From the IMG/VR virus record IMGVR_UViG_3300011430_000002, positions 1 through 61,690 of that record: a DNA stretch of 61,690 bases; one strand, 5' to 3'. The notes beneath the pieces were generated by a model that was given only the letters and a program-made list of their open reading frames with translations, did no database searches and was not told the DNA's origin. The position numbers were made by a program, and so were the translations under genes. Below, piece after piece: positions 1 to 6,637 of this stretch. Positions within the stretch are counted from its first letter, which is position 1, and every line of letters starts with the position of its first letter. Source of the DNA: a virus (lineage: Duplodnaviria > Caudoviricetes).

Positions 1-123
1 ACTCGTCCAATATCAGCACGTCCCCATAGGACAGGCTGCGCAGGATGGGGTGCAGGTGGATGGTCATGCCATCATCCTTGGCCCACGGAATTCCCGGGAA
101 GTCGTACTCCTCGTGTCGGCCAA
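1..123. repeat. 123-bp terminal direct repeat, copy 1 (probable assembly overlap of a circular or permuted genome)
   Basis: Identical to 61568-61690; lies inside a gene that reads through the join. Confidence 0.95.
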
Positions 124-349
124 CGCGTACCTGCACGATTTTGGTACCGGTTTCCGCCACCTTGGCAGGGTCCCAGCCCAGCGGTACGAACTGCGCCGCG
201 TGCTCACCCACCAGCGTCTGCCCCAGCTGCGTCTTGCCCATGCCGGGTGGCGACTCCACTACCATCGGGTTGTTGGCCATGCGGTTGACGCACACCGCTT
301 CCATGTAGCCGGCGACGCCGTGAATCACATTCATTTCCTTGTTGCTCAT
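1..349 (-). CDS. MoxR-type AAA+ ATPase, N-terminal part (continues across the join into 61567..60819)
   Basis: ATG at 349 with AAGGAG RBS; translates MSNKEMN...ESPPGMGKT (Walker A); joined length 1098 nt = 365 aa, in frame. Confidence 0.85.
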   Translation of the reverse strand, partial: MSNKEMNVIHGVAGYMEAVCVNRMANNPMVVESPPGMGKTQLGQTLVGEHAAQFVPLGWDPAKVAETGTKIVQVRVGRHEEYDFPGIPWAKDDGMTIHLHPILRSLSYGDVLILDE

Positions 350-385
350 GCTCTTGCTCCTTGTTGATTGGTCGGTTGGTCTCGG

Positions 386-400
386 TGTTACTCAGTAACA
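386..400. promoter_or_regulatory. Palindrome TGTTACTCAGTAACA, copy 1 (putative operator)
   Basis: Perfect 6-3-6 palindrome just downstream of the promoter at 428-456. Confidence 0.7.
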
Positions 401-427
401 TCTGGTGGTGCGACGGAAAGAGTGCCC

Positions 428-456
428 ATCATACCATGTATCAGTAGCTGTGTCAA
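428..456 (-). promoter_or_regulatory. Sigma70-type promoter
   Basis: TTGACA-17 bp-TATGAT with extended TGn, upstream of the AAA+ operon. Confidence 0.8.
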
Positions 457-465
457 GTAGCGGTG

Positions 466-783
466 TCAGGTCACCTCCACCACGGTGTTGACTACCCGCC
501 ACACATGCGGCGCATCGGTTTCGTCCCAGCTCACCATTTCAGGCAGGTCATTAGCGTCATGTTCCACGTACATGTTCAGGTTGATGAAGTGCGTGACGCT
601 CAGTGGTTCGCCCAGTTCATCACTATCGCCTTCCCGCTCGTGCTCGGTATGCTCCGCAATGTCGTTCACCATGTCCTCTGCGGCGTCCAGTTTGGAAGCG
701 AACACGGTCCCTGCCCACACGCTGGCAACCTCGCCATCGCTGGTGCAGGTAGCCGCCACGTACTGCCAGCCTTGCATGCTCAC
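466..783 (-). CDS. Hypothetical acidic protein
   Basis: GTG start with GGAGG RBS, overlapping the upstream stop. Confidence 0.65.
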   Translation of the reverse strand: MSMQGWQYVAATCTSDGEVASVWAGTVFASKLDAAEDMVNDIAEHTEHEREGDSDELGEPLSVTHFINLNMYVEHDANDLPEMVSWDETDAPHVWRVVNTVVEVT

Positions 784-1490
784 ATCGCACCTCCTGCCTT
801 CAACGCTGCCGTGATGTCGGCAACATTCACGCTCAGTGCCTTCTCGATGGGAGCAGGGGGATGCGGAATGAACCGCTCGCCCTCCGGCCACACTTCAATC
901 AATCGCTTGGTGGTCTTCACCTCACACAGCAACCGTTTCAAGTTCCACGCAGTTTCGGAGCGTGCATTTTTGTGCTTGCCCATATCCCCATAGGCTTCCT
1001 TGATGGTGATGAGGGACTTCTCCGATGCCGCCTTGTAGGTACGGTCGGGGTGCTCCTTCGTCATCTCGGCCTTGACTGCGGCGAGGCACACGAAGGTGTT
1101 GCAGGCGTGCGGGAAGGCATGGAAATTCGCCGGCAGTTTCACGTACTGGGTCAGCCGGTCCAGCGACACATCGTAGGAATCGAATTGATACTTGCCGGTG
1201 TACGCACACAAGGTGTGGCTACGGGACTGGTAGTGTCCGTGCTGCTGCCAACCCTTGGGCAGGCAGCACCACAGGTTCAGTGCGTGCTCGTTGGCAGCGC
1301 GGAACAGTGCCCACCACGTGGTGAAGTAGAGCAACTCAGCAGCCTTGATTTCCTCCTCGTACAGGTTGCGGGTGGCAAGGTGAATGATGTCGTTGCGCAG
1401 GGTGTCGTCAATGCGCCGGGATTTCAGTGGCACGTGCTTGGCAGGCGCCACCTTCGGTGCGGTCTTGGTCTTGCGCTTGGTCGTGGTCAT
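780..1490 (-). CDS. Nmad5-like (nucleotide modification associated domain 5) protein
   Basis: C-terminal LCEVKTTKRLIEVWPE..F.P pattern recalled as typical of Nmad5; strong RBS. Confidence 0.55.
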   Translation of the reverse strand: MTTTKRKTKTAPKVAPAKHVPLKSRRIDDTLRNDIIHLATRNLYEEEIKAAELLYFTTWWALFRAANEHALNLWCCLPKGWQQHGHYQSRSHTLCAYTGKYQFDSYDVSLDRLTQYVKLPANFHAFPHACNTFVCLAAVKAEMTKEHPDRTYKAASEKSLITIKEAYGDMGKHKNARSETAWNLKRLLCEVKTTKRLIEVWPEGERFIPHPPAPIEKALSVNVADITAALKAGGAM

Positions 1491-1843
1491 GGTGTTACTC
1501 CTTGGTGGGTGGTGAAGTACCAGTCGTTAGCGTACGTGCCGCCGGTCAGCGACACGTTCCACCCCAGTACCTCGTTGACATAGTGCTTGGCTACAGCGGC
1601 GGCACAATCATCGCCTCCGTTCAGTGGGTCCAGCAGTAGGCAGTGGCGTGAGTACGTCTGCCCCATGCGCCCACCATCGTTGATGCTGACGAGATAGCGA
1701 GCGGGTAGATTGGCCGTGGGTCCGAAATAGCGCACACGCACGGCTTTGCCAGTGACCACGCTGGTGTGGCGAGGGAACAGTGGCAACTGTTGCGGGGTGA
1801 AGAGTACGCCCCGTTTGCGGGTGGATTTCTTGCGTTCGGTCAT
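1487..1843 (-). CDS. Conserved phage early hypothetical protein
   Basis: Start MTERKK after AAGGAGTAACACC; RYFGPT motif; contains QLPLF. Confidence 0.7.
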   Translation of the reverse strand: MTERKKSTRKRGVLFTPQQLPLFPRHTSVVTGKAVRVRYFGPTANLPARYLVSINDGGRMGQTYSRHCLLLDPLNGGDDCAAAVAKHYVNEVLGWNVSLTGGTYANDWYFTTHQGVTP

Positions 1844-2244
1844 GGTGTTACTCCTTCTCCAGTGAGGGGGAAATACGTGTCGGCATACTGCCTCAGCACA
1901 CGTGCGCACACGTCTGCTTGGGTCACCCAGTTGTCGTCGCCTTCCAGTGCATCCATGTGGCTGTAGAAGATGGACACAGTGTTACCCAGCGGGTGGGGAT
2001 GGAGGGCGTACACAAAGTCGGCTGCCACCTCCAATATGTGCGGCTGGACGGGTTGGGGGCCGGCCTTCAAGTCGGCAAAGTACGCCACCCAGCCCAACAC
2101 GCAGGCTTGCTGGCGCCAGTGCGGTTCGTCGTTCACTACAGGCACGCTGGTGCATCTGAACCGGTAGCATCCCGGCTTGGTTTCAAACAGGTGCGCCACT
2201 TGCAGCAGTGCTTGGCGCGGGGTCGTACTTTTCGTGTCGGTCAT
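1840..2244 (-). CDS. Hypothetical protein
   Basis: Start MTDTKS after AAGGAGTAACACC; stop overlaps the next start. Confidence 0.7.
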   Translation of the reverse strand: MTDTKSTTPRQALLQVAHLFETKPGCYRFRCTSVPVVNDEPHWRQQACVLGWVAYFADLKAGPQPVQPHILEVAADFVYALHPHPLGNTVSIFYSHMDALEGDDNWVTQADVCARVLRQYADTYFPLTGEGVTP

Positions 2245-2248
2245 GGTG

Positions 2249-2443
2249 TTACTCCTTGTTATCGTCCAGTTGGTAGAGAATCTCGGCAACCTGCTCATCA
2301 GTGAGCGTAGGCGCCTCGGTAAAACAGGTGGCGTCACGCACATAGTGCAGCCAGATACCGTGGGCAATGAGCATGCCCAGCACCATGCTGAGCACCAACA
2401 GAAGCCCGTCCAGTGACTTGCGGTAGGTCTCGTCATAGTTCAT
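2249..2443 (-). CDS. Small membrane protein
   Basis: Hydrophobic LLLVLSMVLGMLIAHGIWL segment; ATGA overlap with upstream gene. Confidence 0.6.
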   Translation of the reverse strand: MNYDETYRKSLDGLLLVLSMVLGMLIAHGIWLHYVRDATCFTEAPTLTDEQVAEILYQLDDNKE

Positions 2444-2646
2444 GCCAGTGGCCCCCACAAGGTGCCAAGCACGCGCACCAGTGCGATGAGTGCTATGGTC
2501 ACGAAAGCAGCCAGCATCTGCCGTCCGCGTGCACGGTGTTTGCGCTCTTGCTCCAGTCGCATGTTGCAGACGTGTTGGTAGTCACGCGGTGCCGGTGGGA
2601 TGGATGGACGTACTCGGGTGGCGTTCGCCAGTGGGTTGGTGTTCAC
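2440..2646 (-). CDS. Small membrane protein
   Basis: GTG start with AGGAG RBS; C-terminal hydrophobic helix. Confidence 0.55.
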   Translation of the reverse strand: MNTNPLANATRVRPSIPPAPRDYQHVCNMRLEQERKHRARGRQMLAAFVTIALIALVRVLGTLWGPLA

Positions 2647-2684
2647 GTTCACTTGCTCCTGCTTGTTGGTGGTGGGGGGCCAGA

Positions 2685-2699
2685 TGTTACTCAGTAACA
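2685..2699. promoter_or_regulatory. Palindrome copy 2
   Basis: TGTTACTCAGTAACA, intergenic. Confidence 0.7.
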
Positions 2700-2771
2700 G
2701 CGGCCGGAAAAAAGGCAGACACAGCCCAACCCGCCCCAAGTGGGGCAGGTGGGTGGTGGTGGGTTGGTAGG

Positions 2772-3020
2772 TCAGGCGGCGGCGCTACGTGCCAGTGCCC
2801 ACACCTTGTCAGCGGCACGCGCCTCGCGCACCAACTTGGCGGCAGCGGCGGCCTTCTGGAACTTGGCCTTGCACACCTTGCAGTGCGCGGCCGACACCTT
2901 GTGCATGCACAGGCCCAACATGGGCAGCTCCCGTGCGTCGTTCGGCAGGATGATGACACCGGTGACGCTACCGCGCACCAGTCCGTGCTGGCTCTTGTTC
3001 ATGCTCTTGCTCATGCTCAC
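2772..3020 (-). CDS. Small basic protein, possibly Zn-binding
   Basis: CMH...HCKVC motif, Ala/Lys-rich tail. Confidence 0.55.
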   Translation of the reverse strand: MSMSKSMNKSQHGLVRGSVTGVIILPNDARELPMLGLCMHKVSAAHCKVCKAKFQKAAAAAKLVREARAADKVWALARSAAA

Positions 3021-3075
3021 TTCCCTCGTGCTGTGGGCGCCGCACCATGCAGCGCACCTTGATTCGATTGGCCGA

Positions 3076-3090
3076 TGTTACTGAGTAACA
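3076..3090. promoter_or_regulatory. Palindrome copy 3
   Basis: TGTTACTGAGTAACA, intergenic. Confidence 0.7.
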
Positions 3091-3197
3091 CTTGGCCTTG
3101 GGGGCATAGCTCCCCCTTGCCCCCTTGTGGGGAGGCTTGGGCGCTGCACTCAAGCAGCGGGGTAATGCCTACGGCATTGGGCAGATGTCGCTGAGCA

Positions 3198-3212
3198 TGT
3201 TACTCAGTAACA
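3198..3212. promoter_or_regulatory. Palindrome copy 4
   Basis: TGTTACTCAGTAACA, intergenic. Confidence 0.7.
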
Positions 3213-3221
3213 TCTGGCCAA

Positions 3222-3245
3222 TGCCGCCCCCCGAAGGGGGCGGCA
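3222..3245 (-). terminator. GC-rich hairpin right after the 222-aa gene (terminator or processing site)
   Basis: TGCCGCCCCCC-GAA-GGGGGCGGCA; no clear U tract. Confidence 0.4.
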
Positions 3246-3251
3246 GCGGGG

Positions 3252-3920
3252 TTACGACTTGGCAATCTTCCGAAGGAAGGTCGCCACCTCGGCACGGTAT
3301 GCCTTGGTCCATGCCTTGTCCCCTTCGGGGAGACGGGAGAGCAAGCCTTCGGCTTGGTGCTTGAAGGTCACGTCGGCAACTGGGCCATTCACCTTCGGTG
3401 ATTTGGTGTCAGAGCGAGGCGACTCGGCTTTGCCGGGGATGATGGGCTTACCTGCCTTGGCAGCCTTCTTGGCTGCAGCCTTGGCCTTGCCCTTGGACGT
3501 TCCTTCGGAACGTGCCTCAGAGACCGGGATGAGGTCAGCACCAAGCTCTCCGAGCTTGGTCAGCGAGCCGGCGGCAACCTGTTCGGCGAAGCCGGTACGC
3601 TTGGCGAGGATGGCAGCCAAGGCAGCTTTGCTACGGCAGCGGTACTGCCGCCACGTGCTGCCGGAGAATCCGGCACTGTCCCAGCCCTTCCGGGCTTCAC
3701 CCTTGTGGTCGAAGACCACACGGTCGAACTTGTCGATGAAGGCCAGCAGGGCCTTGGTCGGCTTGCCTTCGGCATCCACGGCGTCACCAGTGAACTGGTC
3801 GCTGGCCTTGGACAGCGAGCCGACAAACAGCGAGTCCAGACGGACACCGAGCTTCGTGATGGTGGTGCCAAGGTTCTTGGCAATCGGGGCGAAATTCCAC
3901 TTCGTGGCAATCGTGGTCAT
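3252..3920 (-). CDS. First early gene; Ala/Lys-rich hypothetical protein
   Basis: 222-aa ORF, AGGAG RBS, histone-like KAKAAAKKAAKAGK segment. Confidence 0.75.
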   Translation of the reverse strand: MTTIATKWNFAPIAKNLGTTITKLGVRLDSLFVGSLSKASDQFTGDAVDAEGKPTKALLAFIDKFDRVVFDHKGEARKGWDSAGFSGSTWRQYRCRSKAALAAILAKRTGFAEQVAAGSLTKLGELGADLIPVSEARSEGTSKGKAKAAAKKAAKAGKPIIPGKAESPRSDTKSPKVNGPVADVTFKHQAEGLLSRLPEGDKAWTKAYRAEVATFLRKIAKS

Positions 3921-3941
3921 GGTGCACTTGCTCCTAGCTGG

Positions 3942-4403
3942 GACAGCGGCGGGATTGCTGCTGTCGATTTTTGCTGCCGGTTCTGGCCGGCCCCCCCTCT
4001 CTTAGCCGGGGGTCACTTCGTTCCCCCCGGCGAGAGGGGGGGACAGACCCTACGGGTCTGAATGATTTTCGGGGTCGGCGGCGACAAGGGGGCAAAATCC
4101 CTTCAGCCCAAAGGGCTGGGGTGCTGTTACTGAGTAACATCGACTCAGCCCAAAGGGCTGGGGGTCGGGTCATGCACACAGCAGGGCAAAGCCCTGCCAG
4201 TCCACCCATTGCTATCCACTTGTGGATAGCGATGGGGCTGCTTGCCCCCTTGGGGCAAGGGAGGTTGAGGGCAGAGGGAGACGCGGCGGCCTTACAGGCC
4301 GGGTTCGGAAGCGACGCCGCTACGCCCCGAAGGGGCGGGTTTTGGGCGCCGTTTCGCCTTCACGCGGCGTCGGCCCGGGCAGGACGGCCTGCAAGGCAGG
4401 CCG
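3942..4403. other. Dense array of hairpins and inverted repeats (structured RNA or ssDNA element)
   Basis: At least 10 stems, many with C(N3)G loops; see findings. Confidence 0.6.
4125..4139. promoter_or_regulatory. Palindrome copy 5
   Basis: TGTTACTGAGTAACA flanked by two direct copies of TCAGCCCAAAGGGCTGGGG. Confidence 0.7.
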
Positions 4404-4430
4404 AGCGGCCGCGCCGGTTCGCATCGTGTA

Positions 4431-4458
4431 ATTATGCCCCGATTACGGATGCGGTCAG
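4431..4458 (-). promoter_or_regulatory. Candidate leftward (early) promoter
   Basis: CTGACC-16 bp-CATAAT. Confidence 0.4.
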
Positions 4459-4554
4459 GGGGTTAAGATAGCCTTCCTGATACCGGAACTTGATAGGCCC
4501 GTGAGTTGGCGAACGGGCAGTTGAAGAGAAAAACGCCCCGACACCGCAGACCCT

Positions 4555-4905
4555 TGATACCATTTTAGGCAGCTGTGCTACCATTTTTCGACCTTTGCTA
4601 CCAAGCTTTGCTACCACCCAATAATGAATGTAATCAGTAACTTAGCGACCAATTATACCAATGTTCCGCTTTTTTTGCTTTTTAAGGGACCCCCCTTAGA
4701 CGTTTGGGGTGGAAATTTACGGAAAACGAAAAAATGCCCTGTTATTTAACCTGATACTCACTACTGATACAACCACTCTCTTATATATATACCTTATAAA
4801 ATAATGGTAAAAAAGGTAACAAAGGTAACAAGGGCTGAGCCGGCCGTTGATTTCATTGAGATTTGCTTTGTTACCACCAGCGACACAAAGGTAGCAGAGG
4901 TTGCC
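4555..4905. other. Putative replication origin
   Basis: AT-rich core; TACCA iterons on the left, inverted GGTAAC/GGTAGC iterons on the right; IHF-like AATCAGTAACTTA at 4632-4644; at the strand divergence point. Confidence 0.55.
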
Positions 4906-4906
4906 C

Positions 4907-4935
4907 TTTACACCTTGCCAAAACCCCTGTAAACT
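4907..4935 (+). promoter_or_regulatory. Candidate rightward promoter
   Basis: TTTACA-17 bp-TAAACT upstream of the first + strand gene. Confidence 0.45.
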
Positions 4936-4970
4936 GCCCATTCCACCCTACCACCCACCGAGAAACGACT

Positions 4971-5222
4971 ATGAAATCATGCACTTGTAAGCTAGGCCCT
5001 CTCAACTCCATCAGTGCGTGGCAATACGTGCCCCATAGCACCGAGAAGGTACCGGACGGGGTAAAAACCCACACAGGTACTCGCGGCACCGAGGCGCTGG
5101 TAGCCCGCGACGACGGAATCGTGTTAGTGGCTTTGCCTATGGACTGGGTTGTTTCGATAGACAACGGCAATCTGATGGTTTTGCCCGACTATGCGTTCCG
5201 CGCCCTGTTCCGCATCGACTAA
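4971..5222 (+). CDS. Small hypothetical protein
   Basis: 83 aa from ATG 4971; AWQY...DWVV...G.L.V.PD..F pattern. Confidence 0.6.
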   Translation: MKSCTCKLGPLNSISAWQYVPHSTEKVPDGVKTHTGTRGTEALVARDDGIVLVALPMDWVVSIDNGNLMVLPDYAFRALFRID

Positions 5223-5288
5223 GCCCGGCTTGACCAAAGCTAGGTTCAGGAATAGGGTAGTTTTCCCCATCCCCAGTGGAGAACTGCC

Positions 5289-5453
5289 ATGACCCTAAGA
5301 CTGATTTTCTGGATTTTGATGCTGCTCTGGTTGGTTGGTGTATTCGCCGGTCCCCGCATCGGCCCATGGGCGCCGATGGGCAGCAACATCTTGTTGTTCG
5401 TGCTCCTGCTCATCTTGGGCTGGGCCGCTTTTGGGCAACCCATCCAAGGTTGA
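5289..5453 (+). CDS. 54-aa two-TM membrane protein (holin candidate), absent from the ORF track
   Basis: GGAG RBS; MTLRLIFWILMLLWLVGVFAGPRIGPWAPMGSNILLFVLLLILGWAAFGQPIQG. Confidence 0.7.
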   Translation: MTLRLIFWILMLLWLVGVFAGPRIGPWAPMGSNILLFVLLLILGWAAFGQPIQG

Positions 5454-5577
5454 CGACCGCCAACAGCCGGCGTAATCTGGCCTCTGGGTCAGTTGTTCGC
5501 ACCGCGCATTTGTTTGGGGGGTAAGACTGCTGCTGTGACGGGTTGGGGTTCGGCCCCTACAAGTCGGCATCAGCACT

Positions 5578-5625
5578 AGCCCCATAGGCTCGCTATCCCC
5601 TTGCTGCCTATGGGGCTTTTTATTT
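5578..5625 (+). terminator. Intrinsic terminator
   Basis: 12-bp stem AGCCCCATAGGC/GCCTATGGGGCT followed by TTTTATTT. Confidence 0.7.
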
Positions 5626-5728
5626 CCCCACCAAACCCCCTCTTGTTCCCCTACGACAGTGTGGTAATCTAGCCGCGCTAGTAGTACGTGCCATCCATCG
5701 CAATCAACGCACAAGCGGGAGGTTCGTC

Positions 5729-6130
5729 GTGACGCACAAAGTTTCATCTTCACACTTTCGCGGCCCCGGTTTCGTCCAGCGGCTGGCGAAGAAAATCCAA
5801 GGTCAGTTCCGTGTCACCTACTCGGTTGCCGTCGAGCGGGCCAATGCCGCGTTGGGTATCGACGTGGTGGTGCTGGAGGAAACTCTCGCCGCCCGCGCCG
5901 CTGAGCGTGCCAAGGCCGCCCCCCAACCTGAACCGGAAGCCAAACCCACCTCGGAACCCAAGGCCAAGTCCAAGGGCAAGCCCAAGTCCGAGCGGGCCGA
6001 AGAGTTGGAAGGCCACACCGTGGCGGAGCTTGTGGAGTTCGCCCGTAAGTCGGAGTTTGAAGGCTACAGTGGCTTGAACAAGGCTGAGTTGATTGCCTTC
6101 ATCATCGACGCCGAGGAGGAACAATCATGA
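5729..6130 (+). CDS. Rho N-terminal (HeH)-like domain protein
   Basis: C-terminal LEGHTVAELVEFARKSEFEGYSGLNKAELIAFI; GGAGG RBS. Confidence 0.7.
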   Translation: MTHKVSSSHFRGPGFVQRLAKKIQGQFRVTYSVAVERANAALGIDVVVLEETLAARAAERAKAAPQPEPEAKPTSEPKAKSKGKPKSERAEELEGHTVAELVEFARKSEFEGYSGLNKAELIAFIIDAEEEQS

Positions 6131-6636
6131 GCACCGCCAAGCACTATGCCAATCCGGCTACACCCATCATCAACGGTGAGTATCGTAATGACACCACCGG
6201 CGCCCGCCAGCATCTGGGCATCGGCATGGCGTGGCAGCCCGGCGCCGACCGGGCGACACTGCAACTGCAGCAGGAGCAAATCCGCATCCGCTTGCATTTG
6301 CCTTCCAACCCGGCCGCCACCGCCTTTGAGATGCAGGTCTCCGAACGGGTCGGCTTCAATGACCCGGCCCGCACCTCGGCGCCCGGCCCGGCCGCGTTCG
6401 TGGTCACCGACGGCGTGGCCCAGTTTCAGTTTCCCAGCTACACGCCGCAGAACACCACGGTGTACCCGGGCGCGGTGGTGTTTGCCAACTACCCCGGCAA
6501 GCAGTTCTATGTGCGCGTTCGGTTGGCCGCTGGTCCCGGGCCATGGTCGGTCGTGGGTCACGCGCACCCTTACTTCCCGAGTGCCGACGACAAGTACGCG
6601 CTGAGCGGGTTACCGTTCGCCATCCCGGCGGTGTAA
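6127..6636 (+). CDS. FN3/Ig-like virion protein
   Basis: EMQVSER...FYVRVR...GPWS FN3-like pattern. Confidence 0.55.
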   Translation: MSTAKHYANPATPIINGEYRNDTTGARQHLGIGMAWQPGADRATLQLQQEQIRIRLHLPSNPAATAFEMQVSERVGFNDPARTSAPGPAAFVVTDGVAQFQFPSYTPQNTTVYPGAVVFANYPGKQFYVRVRLAAGPGPWSVVGHAHPYFPSADDKYALSGLPFAIPAV

Positions 6637-6637
6637 C

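Noticed and set aside
386-4139. Palindrome copies as a CRISPR array
   Set aside because: Only 15-17 bp, irregular spacing from about 120 to 2300 bp, mixed orientation and no cas genes
3934-4471. ORFs called across the hairpin region
   Set aside because: No convincing RBS, and the translations simply reflect the DNA repeats
5454-5577. Possible tRNA (GGGGTTCGGCCCC T-arm-like hairpin)
   Set aside because: No cloverleaf, anticodon arm or acceptor stem could be built; only a modest hairpin
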